This document shows, piece by piece, positions 24,001 to 57,318 of a DNA stretch of 64,000 bases. Below the pieces are notes generated by a model that was not told where the DNA came from, ran no database searches, and was given only the letters and a program-made list of their open reading frames with translations. How positions within the stretch are numbered: the first letter of the stretch is position 1; each line of letters begins with the position of its first letter. The stretch comes from Ascidiella aspersa. Lineage: Eukaryota. A program made the translations under genes and the position numbers. The DNA is taken from NCBI GenBank assembly GCA_963924565.1, contig OZ004610.1, positions 10,540,001 to 10,604,000 on the forward strand. The letters run 5' to 3'.

Positions 24001-27000
24001 TTCATTTAGTTTATATTGAACAACTCAAACTAATAAGCGTAGCCCTTTATGGCAAGCCTTTCTGTGGCATAACAATATCAACCACAGAGCCCTAAAAACG
24101 ACCCAAACAATAAATTACCATAACAGTATTACGTTTGTCGTTTGTGAATGAATTTAATGTCATCAAATGGAACCATATTCTTACAAATTAATTTTACAAC
24201 ACTAAACTCAAAGTTTTGGTCACGCAACCAACTATGTACGCAAAAGTGGAAAAATGAAATCTTAATCACAGTTACACATGTGTATGTAGATAAATTAGAT
24301 AGAAAACATGTAAAGAAGCGCACGGATGGGCAAAACGTTTATCGAAAAAACGGACGCATACACACAGCCTATGCTCAAGGCAATTGTTTTTGTGACATTT
24401 TTTGTGTGTTTTTCCTCGAGCGTTGCGCTGCTGTGATACGCACCCCATTCAAATACACCCGTTTGGCTGAACTGGGATGTGTCAAACGGTGTTGTACACA
24501 TACTCCAAGTTCCCATGCGCTAACTATAAAACCGACGATACACTGATGAATTGCTTGGCGTTTCTGGCTACATTTCGGACAAAGTGTCACTACCAGTCGA
24601 CCACTGTTACTGCGTAGGCCTTTCGTTGGTCGAGCGATAAGTACCCCGAAACGCTTTAAGCCTGATGCGATGACGCCGTTTCTAAGTTTGCATAGGCAAA
24701 TCGGACGTCACGCAGCACGTGACATATTTACAAAGCAAAGTGCAAAAGTTTTTTTTAAACAAAATACCATATAAATTTCCGTAATATTTGGTAGGTTGCT
24801 AACGTTTAGTTGTTATGCCGAGAACGGATTTGTGTGTGTATGTGTGCTATTTTTTCATTAAGCGACACATACAATCATTGAATAAAATTAAACATGTAAG
24901 ATAAAAAGCAAAAATTAAACATGTAAGATAAAAAGCGACGTCCCAAAGATTAAAAAAAAAATAGCCTAAAAGTGCCATCCCAGGATAAATCGTAAGTTTT
25001 TATGGGAGCTTTTATTGTGTTAACTCGTAAAATTATATTTCATGCGTGCAGCTACATTGGCAGACTATAGGGCTGCAAATTGTAATCGTTACATGTTCGC
25101 AAGTGATTTACCAGCGTTATAGGTTTAGATAACTTCGCAATCGAAAATTAGCCGAGCTCACAGCAGTAGCGGTGCAAGGCTCTTAACATCCTGCTGACGC
25201 TTACTGGTGCAGTTTAATGGCGCACAAACCGCTCGCTCACCTTTACAACTCACAAGACTGGTCGCGGTGTAGCGCTACATTAGGGGAATTTGTCTTCTCC
25301 ATGGCATTAATTCGTCCCTGCGTGGTTATTTGGCAAGCTGCTGGCCCAATCAAGCGCAATGACTCACCGATATGGCTGCCGTCAGCTCACGCTTCTCCAA
25401 CATAGTAAAGGTTTAGCAACGAACGAGCGCTCCTTATGAGGGATTCCTATTTTCGGCGTTTTAAGGTAAACAAAGTGTTATTTAGGGCGTTTGCTGCTTT
25501 TTTGCCTACCGAAGGCGCTCGGCCAGCAACTCTGCGCATTTTTAGGCAATTCTATTCAAACAGCGCAGCGTTCAAAGAGCGTCGCAAAGTTCGACAAAGT
25601 TTGGCCCTTTTTCTCTAAACGAACCTCGGCGTACCCAAATTAAACATCAGCGATCGGGGGTGTGCGATTTCCTTCGAGCGCTCTCGGGTGTCTTTCCAAA
25701 TAATGACGGGTGCTCTCCCATACCCACAGTACAAACGGTTTCGATAGGCAGGCCAACCGGCAAACCCATGATGGCGTCTATTGGATATATTAGGCGTCGT
25801 GGCGTCGACTTCCTGAAAAGTTGAGGCCGGTCGCTTGAGTGTGTGCTTTCACTGCTTGTGCGTATACAGTCAGTCACGTGCCGACGGCCAACAATAGACC
25901 GCAAACGTCTTTATGAGGGGGCACCATATCGGCGGCTAATTACTCTTGGTTGGAAGTTTGTTTGGGGATTGTGAATTTCAATTGTTCTTTCAAGTCTCTG
26001 GCGTCAATTTGGAAAAACCAGTATGATTCGTTTGAAGGTTTAAAATAGCGTAAACCGTCAACTTTTAGTGACCTACTGGGGGTCTTTCTGCGCATTAACA
26101 ACAAGTTAACCAACGGACGTGCGCACAAACTGTAACTTTCGTTCGGCATTAAAATTTGGTTCGGAAAACATCGAGCGCTGGTTGAAAATTAACGAGACAC
26201 CGGGCATGTAGCGCCGGCTGCGTGTTTCCAACAAAATGTGGGATGTTCCTCGGTTTTACCATAAAACTTCGTTCGGTTTGCATTTAATACTCTTTATAAG
26301 TGCGCCGGGTTCCTCATAACGTCCGTGATGCGTTTGGCCAACGCTGGCAAAAAACTGATGCTCTATACTGGTTCGCCGTTAGCTCTAGCGCGTTTTTACA
26401 GTGGCGGGCTCGCTTCCGTATTGATGAAACTGTACCGAAACTTCCTTGTGCCCTTTCGCGCATTAGCATTTAAGCTCGTAAATTCCTGCTAGCGGCGAAA
26501 TTTCCCGAATCGCCAAGGGTTTCGTCAACCTTAGTCACACACGTATTTTTATCTTACGGTGATCGGGGGCCTAGAAATCCCCGCCATATGATAAGAAATC
26601 ATTCCGTTAAATAGCAGGGATTACTGCACTTGCGAGCCCGCGTGTATAAAATAAAATGGGTGTGGTTAGGCTGCAAAAACTCCTGTTACTATAGAAGCCG
26701 TGACACAATAGTTACAATAATTTTATAGTTACAATAGCTTGCCATACAAATTTGGGAAAACACGGCAGCTATGCCCCTTTCAAAGGAATGGCAATCCCAT
26801 TTTCCACAGTCCGCACAAAGTTCAACTACCCTATTAACATTGAAAGTAAAGAGCCCAATGCGATCTGACTGCTTAGCCTACCTAACATCTTGCTGAGTTC
26901 CGCGTTGTGGTGATCCGGAAAGGCTTCCGCCATCCTCTTACGTTCAGTCTTTGCCCAGCACATGAAAGCGTTCATCGGCCGCCTTATACGGGGCTCTTCC

Positions 27001-29451
27001 TGCTTAAACAAAACGAACGTTATATATTTTGCCTTTGTAAGGTTAGAGAAAACCGTCGTAGGTGTGTGGGTAAACTCAAAGCGAACACTCCAATTAAGCT
27101 ATACAGAATACATTGTTGCTTTTGGTGAGGATTCTCGAGTAATATCACAGATATATATAGTTCGTTATAAATCGACTGTTATTAAAACTAGTTAACAGTC
27201 ATCGTATAGTCACATTTTCGTTTGCTATGGAAAAGTTTTGTTGTCAGCTTAATCGTTTTAGCAACCAACTTTTATCACCACGTTATAACTGACAAAATAT
27301 TCTTCGATAAAATACCTTAATCTGGCACGTTAGCTTCAACCGCATTTCTTCAAGAGAAATCAGAAAAAAAATGTTTTTGTTAAACCACACTATAGTAAGA
27401 ACTCCATTTTAATTTAACACTAGAGGTCTTTTATAATGGATGTCGTTCAACAGCCCTAATGCAACAAAACCTAGAAACCGACATGTCTCATATCGAATGA
27501 CAATATACATTTGGTTTCTTATTTTTATTAAAACAAAACATGTCACAATATTTACTTATTAAAGTAAGCAATATAAACTTGATGTAAAACTTCCAACATA
27601 TGAATTAAACATGTTTACAAGGTTCGTCTTAATCAGCCTGGCATAAAATATAGGAACAAGGTGGTCTTACATATTAATTATTTTGTTGTATAGCAGCATT
27701 GATGGGGAAACTAGGGTTGAAGAATCATTTAAGTAAAACAACACAAAGTTTAACCTCGTTCCCGACTGTCTTTAGGCGCAGTGCGTTTTTACCGTACGGT
27801 AATATATGAAATTTTCCTAAACGATTCAATTTGTCCAAGCTTCTCCAAATTTTTTGACGTCTTACTTGCGTCACGCCACTGTTTGTTTTGCTGTAGAATC
27901 AAAATGGCGGCAAAACCGCAGGACTGACAGTCGGTCGATTGTTTGCCAAATCCGCTTTTGATATGACATATGAGGCTATACATCTACACGCTTTGAAGTG
28001 CAGGAGACGCATTTCTACCAAAAATGTAGTACTGTTTTTTCGTAGGGTCACGAGAAATTGCGAGGGGTTGTTTTTAGCAATCTGAAGGGTTTTCAAATTA
28101 TTTTAAACTCCGTTTTAAAACACTAAATTAACCTGTAGGTGCTATCTTAATTTAAAGACGAATTACGCAGCCTTTAAAAAGCTGATTTGAGGCGCCCTTA
28201 CAAACCGACACCTGCACAAAATTAGGCCATAACACGGAAAACGCCAGGTCGGCAAAACAGCTCGGCGCCGGGAGCAAGGATTACAGCGTAATATACGTTT
28301 CCTGTCCCAACGCGCGATCTTACAACTCGGGGTGATTATATCGCCGACAAGTGGCGCGGTGATTTAACAAAATGGGAAATTCCTGTTTGCTTAGTTATAT
28401 AACAAAGGGTACGCTTAGGAAATAGTCTTTGTAGTTCAGCAACAGCCACATGATTTTAACGTGTGTTGCGAGTGGGATTTTATTGTCACTGTATGTATAC
28501 AATTAAAATTCACACGCGTAAAAAGCGAATTTATGTCGCCTATTGATTTCATACAAACCATCTCATCGCATAGCCTAAGTGTAAAGAAGGCGCATGAATG
28601 CAATTCAGGCCATTGACGAATAATTAATTAATTTATTATTCATGTGGACACAAAGAGTTGTAATTGAGCGATAAACAATAGAACTACAGCTATGTTAGTT
28701 ATGTATGTTTAGGCTGTTAGATAAAAAAAAATCGCATGTCGATCGTCATTTACAATGAAACATTTTCGGTCACGTTTGTTTTTAGACCTGAAGTTATTGT
28801 TTTGATTTTCTAAATCGCAGTACATCGTCAAAAACGAACAAACTAGAGCAAGAACGTGCAATACACCATAAAACCACCAACCTTTTTCGATTGGCACTTT
28901 GCCGTGTCGCCGTTGCACTTTGACCTTCCTCTCACGCCGCCGCCTCCGCTGACGGACGAGTTGATCTTACTTGTCAGCTCCGGGCAGGCGCTGGCGTAAT
29001 GCGGGACCATGTCGCCGCCGATGCCGCCGTCAAGGCCGTGATGCTGCGCGCCCAGGCCGTAGGAGAACTGCTGGGGGTGGTACTGTTGGTTGGAGGCGGC
29101 GCCGACTTGGCCGTTGCTCAGCAGATTGGTCCAAGATGCGCCGGCGGCACTGCCGTACTGACTCGGCGACAGTGAAGACGGACTCGCGTAGTTGGAGCCG
29201 CCGAAAAGCGCCGGGGTGAGTCCCATCAGAACGTTGTTGGCCGACGAGTTCTGGGTGCAGCTCTCCGGGACGGTTTCGGAGCCCCGCGGAGTTAGCGTGG
29301 AAGGGGCGTCGAAAAGGTCTCGGGCGCTGTAGCTTGGAGTGACGTAGGCTTCGACCAGAGACGAAACGCTGCGGCTAGGGTAGGCGTCACTTTGCGTGTG
29401 GTAGGGGTTGCAGGAAGACCCGGCCCCGGGGGGCACGATCAGACCGGCCAT
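18050..29451 (-). CDS. SoxF: SoxF-group (Sox7/17/18) HMG-box transcription factor, 5 coding exons, ~847 aa
   Basis: complement join(28882..29451,26882..26999,21664..21788,20152..20231,18050..19700), 2544 nt, phase-consistent GT-AG. HMG box [39 protein letters not shown]|[39 protein letters not shown] has the SoxF signatures [17 protein letters not shown] and [10 protein letters not shown], plus the SoxF-type phase-1 intron at MLG. The 80-nt exon 20152..20231 supplies the phase-2 join into the long last exon. Confidence 0.92.
20264..20632. mobile_element. hAT-type MITE, inverted sister of 7025..7391, in SoxF intron 3
   Basis: cagggatgtggagtcg ... ggagtcggactccgccgcattg. Internal ttttccaaccatgta and caggctgtagagt are reverse complements of the 7.0-7.4 kb copy. 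Confidence 0.7.
22306..22335. repeat. alternating purine-pyrimidine (CA/CG) tract
   Basis: gcacgcgcacacgcacacacgcgcgcgcgc, 30 nt of strict R/Y alternation. Confidence 0.8.
24884..24936. repeat. tandem duplication, 2 x ~27 bp
   Basis: aaaattaaacatgtaagataaaaagc occurs twice in succession. Confidence 0.85.
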
Positions 29452-32400
29452 CTTTTGCTTTGCGGTCGAGCGAAACCAGACGAAACTGGAATGTTTGTGT
29501 GCGATCAGTCAGCGACGTATCGGCAAAGTTGTTTTGTTGATATCAGTGTTTTCCCGTCGGGTTTGTTATTTCTATCAGAGCTATCTATATGCGCTTGTAG
29601 CCGCAACGCGGACCTTTGAGTGATGTGCTATTTCCCGCCTGCAAAGCGGAACAAACAGTCTCGCGTTAACGACTCAAGTGACGCCAAACCGCCTTTACGT
29701 CGTTTGATAGATACACGCGGGCCAATTATCGTTACACACACAAACAACTGTTAATGTGTGTAAACAATCATTGGCGATTAAACTTACTCGCGGTACAATT
29801 GACAAAATCAAAGCGCGTCCTCGTAAAATCAAAACAAGTATCTGCAAAAAACTCTATTTGATACCAACTTCAAACTAATCATATCAGTTTAACGAACCAA
29901 ATTATTACATTTTTCCTAATGAATTTAAAAGAGCGCCTATGCGATCTGGTAAAAATGCCCTTATTTTTTCCGCACGTTCTTAATCGCTTTTGTACCCTTG
30001 GCCTTTTGGGCTCCGCTAACGCGATTCTTCTCTGATCCTTATTGGTAAAAAAAGAATTGTCTTTCAACTCGCCGTACACAATTGACCTCCGACCGCGAAA
30101 GTTCTATTTCGACATCTGTCTAATAACCGCTGATTTCCCTGCTGCACTAAACTCCATCGGCTCTGACGCCCGAACAGCTCGCATAATAATGCACAAATGC
30201 TGATGTGGACCACCGACACTGCACCTTGCGGGAAAATGGTGGCCCATCACAGTGCGGCTGCAAATTGAGTAAAAATCAGACCGGACTTGCGACCCTTTTT
30301 TCGCGCGCACCCGAACGCTTAGCGACTGTGAGCCGCGCGCCAATCTAATTTCCCCATTCAGGCCCGGTGCAATCCGCGCATCAGGCCCTGCGCACATATT
30401 TATGTGCCGCATTATGGAGTTTGCTGCACCGCGCTGGCTGTCACACGTCCAGCTCTAATCCAACCTTGCCGCGAATTTTCGACATGACAGTCTTATGGCA
30501 GGTTAGAAAATAAGTAAACAAGTGTCCGGAGTTTATTGCCACTCGTGGAATTGGAAATAGCGTGTATTTTGTGCAACAGTTTGTCTTGAAGTTGAATAGC
30601 CGTCGACTATATGACTTTCCTGTCCAAAGTTACATGCCCCGTCTATATATTAACTAGTAACTTATATTTAAGTCAATCTATCCATTTATCACAAAACTCC
30701 TTTTCTTTGTTTAAAATCTAATACATCAAAATTATGAAGGCACAACATTTTACCGCAGCATGCACGTACGGCTGTACGCATATTTCAATAAAAGACTAAA
30801 CACCTACAGTGATTGTTATGCATTTCCATTCTATTAACACAAATAAATAAATCATAGTGTAGGTTTATATGGGCATAGTTAGATTTTTCAAAAGTTGCAC
30901 TTCAAATGTGTTTCTCGAATGCTTATAGTTTACCCTACTATTTTTCGAGAACAAATTATCTTGCCTTGATGTTCCCGCACGGATTAATATACATTTTATT
31001 TTGTCCGGTAGGTGTCGTAGCGGGGTTGTTTTACTGAATGAAACTGTAATGGAGCCTGGTATCTTAAAGAAATAAGAAAACAATAAACGCTTTCAATTAT
31101 AGCCTGACGTTGAGATGTTAAATATTATTATATTTTTAATATTTTAGAGTTTTTTATCAATAACAATTTAATAAAAAAGTTAATTTTATCAACACTGCAA
31201 AATATACAATGATTTGTCATGGTTATTTTTTCTGTAACTGCAGTAGTACATAATCTAAATCTTTCGCGTTAAGGATGTGCTTAATTGCAATAGGTTTTAT
31301 CGTTTCATTTCAGAAATGTAATACTAAACATATGGACTTCGCGAGGGAGAGGTTGTTAATTTCCTTATAGGTTTGAAGGGTTCACAACATTAATAAAAAA
31401 TGTCATAAATAATGGGCGATAGTAAACATTAGAGGTGTAAATATTTAAATTTATATATTTCGCCGTATCAAAAGCTTAAACGATGGAAATTTATCACAAT
31501 CAACCGAACTGCATAACATTTTGGCCCATTAATTTTGCCCTTGTATCGCCCAAATTTGGCAATATTTTGATATTTACGGGATATTTTCCGACAAAAGATC
31601 GACCATTTTGTGGTAAAGCGCGCAGTTCAAGGCAAACATGGCCGCCCCCTACTCTGCGGCTCAAGTTAGTCTCGCTGCCTTTTCAAAGTTCACGCCACAG
31701 AATTATTAGTGTCTCAATTTGCCCTTTAGTTGCGCTCGTGCCGCCGAGTTCGCGCTTTTAACCTGTAATTACATCTCATTGCGGACGGCGAGCTGCGTGT
31801 GCTAAACGGAATCGGAGTTAGGCGAGTGAAAGGAGCTCCGCAATTTGCGATTTCGCCGAATAGCGTGCAATTCCGAAAAGCGCTGGCGCTAAATTTAGCG
31901 AGAGGCTGCGGCAATGACACATTTTGGCGCGTCTTCGCGGCCCGCTCTATGCGCGCAAACCCGCCCTGGAACCCCCAGGCAACTAGCCGCGGCAACGAAT
32001 AAGTTAAAAATGAACGCCTTGTGTCACGTTTTTGCTGAGCGACGGCTCGTCTGGTTCGCCTGATCCAAGTTCGGCCGAACAAAATCGACGCATCCTCGCC
32101 GATATCCACACCGCCGATTGATTTGCTTTCGGATTTGCCTCTGTCCGGAGGTTCCAAAGGTCAACGCAGCGCAGCACTTTGCTCGCAAGGCCACATAAGG
32201 TGTTGCGGCGGCAAGGACGTGCATTTTGCTGCGGCTTTCGCTCGCTGTCAATTCAGGGCGAACCTCGACTGACAGTTAACCTATCGCAAAGCAGCGGATC
32301 AGAAGTGTGATGGGACATAACACGATATCGTTGCCAAAACAAATGCATTGTCGAATACGTTGCGAACGTGTCGGCGAACTTCGGACCTTGGTCGTTGCCC

Positions 32401-35400
32401 CGCTTAAAGTTGAAAGCAGGTGCAACAACAAAGCAAAAACACCAGGCGCACAATTTAGGCGCCGAAAAAGGCGCGCACTGACGCCTTAATTAAAAACGGT
32501 ATACAACTGTACGTTGTTACCGGATTAAAACCGACAACCTGCGGATTCAAGATTTTCATTTCTTGAATTGCGAAAGTATGAAATCATTTAACGAAAGGTC
32601 ACTAAGGTATTACGTCTTGACAAGGCCTCAAAAACAACCACATTGTACCTTAACAAGAGTCAAATTTACGTGTTACGCCTATAGTCGACCTTCTAAAAAA
32701 TCGTGACGAAAAACATGTCTATATAAATACTTATCCAAATAAGTTTTATAACCATGGATAAAACGAAAAAATATTTAGCGAATTTAAAAAATTAAATATA
32801 CAAAGAAATTTGGTTAAAGGAAAGTTTTTAAAGTACCAGTGACCTGGCGCAGATTTTTTATGTTTTGAAGGGCCATAGGTATTTTTTCAGAGATGAGTCA
32901 CAAAGTGACGTCTTAACGTGGCGTTATTAAGTAGGAATCCTAAAAACACTACACAATATTTCGGTTTGTTAGTTTTAGGTTTGAAAAGGTGTTAATTTCA
33001 ATATAATAACTACTTTACAATGGTGGTATTGGGTTGGACCAAACGAAAAACCTTTATATTGTTAAAGTTACCAAAACTTTTATTTTCGAGGGCGCGATGA
33101 AACGCACGACGCCTTTATGTGAAAACAAAATTATCGAAATGCGCTAAGAAAAACGAGAAACATAATTCAGTTTCGCTAAATTTCAGTTTAAAAAAATATT
33201 CTATTTACGTATTTAAAAATAAACAAAAAACTACAGTGTTTTGGGGGAGCATGACACGAACCCCTTCTATCCGCTCCTGTCCGTGAGCCTATGGCTCCTT
33301 TGGTAGAGTTGAAAAGACATAAAAACCAAGGAAACCTAACACAGTTCTCATGCTTTTAAAATTGGACTGATAAAAGTGTTGATACAAGGAAAAGCGCAAT
33401 ACGCAGTTAAAGTGTTACAAACTATATGCAATAATTTGGTTAAATTTGTATTTTAGTTTTTGTTTTGATCGTTTAATAAATAATTATTTTTCTTGCAAAG
33501 ACGTAGTGAAAACACCTTTAGATCATGCAAAACGTAAAGGAATTGACACACTAAGTCATAATAAATACGCGGAAACGTAAAATATGTTTGCATCTATAAG
33601 GTTGCAAAAAATCCCCAAAAAATGTTCTTTCACAAATATTTAAGATTTCGCGCTTCGTGTTATGAGCTTTTTCGTATAACAACAAATGTGCAAGCATCGA
33701 ACACTTCTCTACAATTTTGCAAACTTGTCTTTGGGCAAGAAAATAAGTCGAATGCATATTTTAGTTTAACAGTTATGTTTGCGATGTTTCCTTCGTTTTA
33801 TTATTTTTAGTTGTGTTTAAGGGCATCGTATGATATATGCTTTTATTTTTTGTGCGCTTTGTTTTGACCCTTGTAATAAATGCGCCTTAGTCATAATTCC
33901 ATCTTCGATAGGCTGCAGGTTTGCAGCAAGACACTCCGAATTACGTCCGGCTTTCCCATTGGTCGAGCGCCGGCGCACACCAGCCGACTTTGACATGACC
34001 TTGGCAACTGGCATAGGATGGTGCGGCGCACCACGTCGGAATTTGCGATCGTCAAAAGACGCAGTCTTGGCAAATGCGGCTAGACTGACAGTTGCATAAA
34101 CGAGAAAAAAAACACGTTCAGGCTCGAAGGTCGGTCAGTGCTTCTCGGAAGTCAAAATTCGCGCTAACGCCGGTAGACCGGACTGCTTGATGAAATATGT
34201 AAACATTTTTCTTCTGCCTAAAAACCGATATGTTTCTGTCCACAAGAATGATTATAAAATGATAAGTTATATTTCAATAATTGCCAGAAGTCATCAGGAT
34301 GAAGCAGTGCTAAACAAGCAAACTAAAAAAAAGTTAATTCAATAAATTTTGTTTTAAGCATTAGCAGCAACCAAAAAAATGTATATATATCGCTTTCAAT
34401 TGATAAACAATTTTCACTGGACTTGTGAAATTAAATCGGCCAAAATTAGCTCTGTTTTTTTGGGACGCCTAAAAAAAGTTGACTGTCACAACACGACAAT
34501 ATCGTGCCGATTTTTAAACTTGTTTTTGAGCGGGCGAGTTGCCTATACTCTGCAAAACATCATTAAGGTCAGATTAGCAATCAGTTTCCCAGCCTCATTC
34601 TGTGGTTTGCGGAATTCAGGTAAATCGCTAGGTTCTCCGCTGAATTTGAAACCTCAGGTTAATTCATGTCACCGATGCAATGATTAGCTGTCATTTGCAA
34701 AAGCGAAAACCGCAAACGTGCCACATCACATGTAAAATCATTAAATTTTACCTCGCCAAGCGAGACCGAGCAAGAAAAATTAGGCGAATAAAAACGTTTT
34801 AATACAAGCCAAACATATTTTAACGGCTCGGACAAATAAAACATTTAATAGAATTTCAATTTGTTTTACATAGCTTTGTGGTTATCGAACAATTGTTTTT
34901 TTTTTTGCATTTAAACCCAGGGTCTATAAAATTGTGCAAACCAATAACGTGTTTAGGGGTTTTATTAGTTGTTAATAGTCTCGCTTTCAATTAGGGTTTC
35001 TGAAACTTTAACTGGGGCCTGTAGACCCCTTCGAGGTATGTGGACTAGTCCAGGGTGTCCATGAATGCCTAATTAAAACCTTGAAGTATAATTCGAAAAT
35101 TGAAACAAATTTCCAAAATAAACTAGCTTAATAAAAAATGTTTTGCGCATTCTTCTTGAATGTATTGTAACTCCATTTTAGCGTCACACTTTTGATCGAA
35201 AATAGCAGATTTCTTAAGTCTGCTTGTTTTATGGCGTAATATTTCACGTTATGTCGATCCTGGTCCACGCAAACAAAATTATTTTTGAAGGATCCGAGTT
35301 AAAAACAGTGTTACCCCTGCCCAAAATTATTTAATTGACTTAATATGCCACCTTGAATTGATAACTATTAAGGAAAAATGCTTGATCGTGTGTTTTTCAC

Positions 35401-37051
35401 TGTGGATTTTAAACTTCAGACGAGGCGGTTCAATTAATAAGCGATCATGACGAGGCGAGTAATCGGCGCAAGCAGCATTCCAGGAGGCGGATTATTTATC
35501 AAACGCACAAAAAAAAAATCGCTGCCGTTCAAAATTTTCCACCGTCGAACGAGTCACGTGTGCGGGCGAAGAAAGAGGTTTCTGCTTGCTGTGGCAACAC
35601 GATCTCCCGACGATCGAAGCTAGATTGCAAGCACACGCCCGGCGGCGAAACGGTCTAGGAGCGTGAAAGGTCAAACGAAACTTCATCACAAGATAAGTAT
35701 CCCGGCTACCGCAGCCCGTCCGCGCGCGCAAGCCGGCGAAATAACGCCCGGTTTCGTGCGCAATTATCAATGGGATTCGGGCAAATCTCGTCGCACTCTG
35801 GCGAAACTACACACACGGTCATTTAAAGAGTACATCCGCGCTCGAAATAGAATCACAGTTCGATACGAATCGAATGGAAGGATGAGTCCGGCGAAACAGA
35901 TTACCGGGCGACAATATTATAGGCTTGCGATAATGGTCGGAAAAAACTTTTCGCTGAAAATAAGGTTTAGCAAATGAGGATACGCAATAACCGCCTTGAG
36001 GACAACACCAAAGCAGAAAAATATTCACATTTGTTATTTGTGTTTATTCGGGGCGCGCTCACGTATAGATTGATGTATCAAGCACCCGTTTACGAGAAAG
36101 CAAAACAAAAACGAAACGCAAAACGCATAAAGGCGACAGACGTATTATATGCAATATTAATACCATAACGGAGCGCGGAGTTGGAACAGAGGCGAAAGTA
36201 AAAAGCCGGGAACACAATTTTAAACACGGAAAACACAAACATTTGTGGTCTAGAACGGGAATACTTGTGACGGGCGTAATGCGTATACAGAGGCAGGAAA
36301 TTGCACAGAAAAAATGCGGGCGACACCTGGCGAAAAAAAACAAGTATAACAACAATGACGCTTTGGAACTGAATGATTCAAAGGAAGGGAACACAAGGAA
36401 TTTGAAAGCAGTTCAGTGAAATCGAACCAGACCCGGCTCGTTCGCCAAAACATAGTAAATAAGATTATAAGAACGCTAAAACATTGCATTTACCATTTGA
36501 ACGAAACTAATTCAAACACATATTAAAGTTATTTTACCTGGCCCTTTGAATGTCTTTGTTTATAACGTTTTACGTATTTCACGGCCCGTACGTATGTTAA
36601 ATAGCAAACACAAAGACCACATGCGTTGGTCTGCGTATAATCCTCGAAATGTAACGCAGTGAAACTTAATTCGTGACAGAGTAAAAAGCGGGCGACGGGG
36701 TTCGTCGTTTTAGGAGTATAAAATTATGGTGGCAATGCACGATAAATAATTGTCAAGCGCATATCCCGCGGGCAAGCGAACGGCATTGACACCTTAAAGT
36801 CTCGTGTTGGTGGCGCTGTCGAGGAAAAGTACACAGAAATGGTGGAAGGGCCTTACGAGGCGTCGAGCCCACAACATTCGTAGGCGGACAATGTTTTCTT
36901 TTCTCAAGCGCGCAAAACGAGCTGCTGGGGTCTAAAAACTAGCCTTCGGTCGATTCAGCCAGGAAGCAAAGAATTGCAGCTTCAAAAGAACGCCTTGAGT
37001 GTCCGGTGCTTTTAAAGCGGCCGGAGCTGTTGAAGTGCGCCTATACAAGCC

Positions 37052-56537
<19,486 letters not shown>

Positions 56538-56570
56538 CTTGTTGGGTGTTTAAGAAGATTAATGAATGGC

Positions 56571-57318
56571 CTGCAACTGTAAGGAACATATTCACTCAAC
56601 TTGAATAGATATTAGATATTTCTTCAGACAAATCAAAACAAAACATTATGGTGCAAACTTTATAATAGTTTAGTAAAAAAAGAACATAAAAAATATGGAT
56701 TAACATTAAAATGCCTGTACTGCTTAAAACACAAAAAAGCTTTTAAAAAAATGTGTAATTGAACTTAAATAATTCAAATGAATAAATTCCTGTAAACTTC
56801 TGGTTTAGATTAACTATTTCCTTGTAGTATATTTATATGCTCAAAGTCTTAAAATGCGACAACTTTAAGAAAAAATCAAATAAAAAAACAAAACAAATCA
56901 TTTTTACTAGGTCATTAAAAAGAAACACACACAATAATTTACATTTGCCAACGTAACACAAAATAGTTATGTTTGGCAAGAAAATTTGATAGAATTTTTA
57001 CAACTAGATAAATGTTATCAAAACCTTTGGGTTAAAAATCAGCAAAAAATAAAATTTCTAATAATTACAAAAAATAAGCCTGATTAAAAGATATACATTG
57101 CAACTTAAAAATTATGCTGTTTATAAAACACATAAAAGACTGGGACTGGATTCTATTCAGTTGTTGAAGCTTAAAAATTGATATCAATAATTTTAGATTA
57201 AAAAAACATAGAACAACAAATGAATAAATCCAAAAGTCATATTGTTTCTCTACAAGCAATAATCATAACATTGTTGCAAAATATATCAAAATAACGTTTA
57301 GAGCATAAAGAAAATTAC
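56571..57318 (-). other. putative 5' UTR intron of the ZBTB gene (non-coding first exon upstream of 57319)
   Basis: Donor cag|gtaatt at 57318 and acceptor ttgcag at 56571, 33 nt before the ATG. Confidence 0.4.

Noticed and set aside
27866-27890. 25-nt candidate poison exon (ctacag|...|gtaaga) in SoxF intron 1
   Set aside because: It has splice-like signals only, is not required by the gene model, and such pairs arise by chance.
28380-28388. FOX:ETS composite motif (AAACAGGAA on minus) in SoxF intron 1
   Set aside because: It is attractive for an endothelial-type gene, but one 9-mer is expected by chance in a window this size. It needs conservation data.
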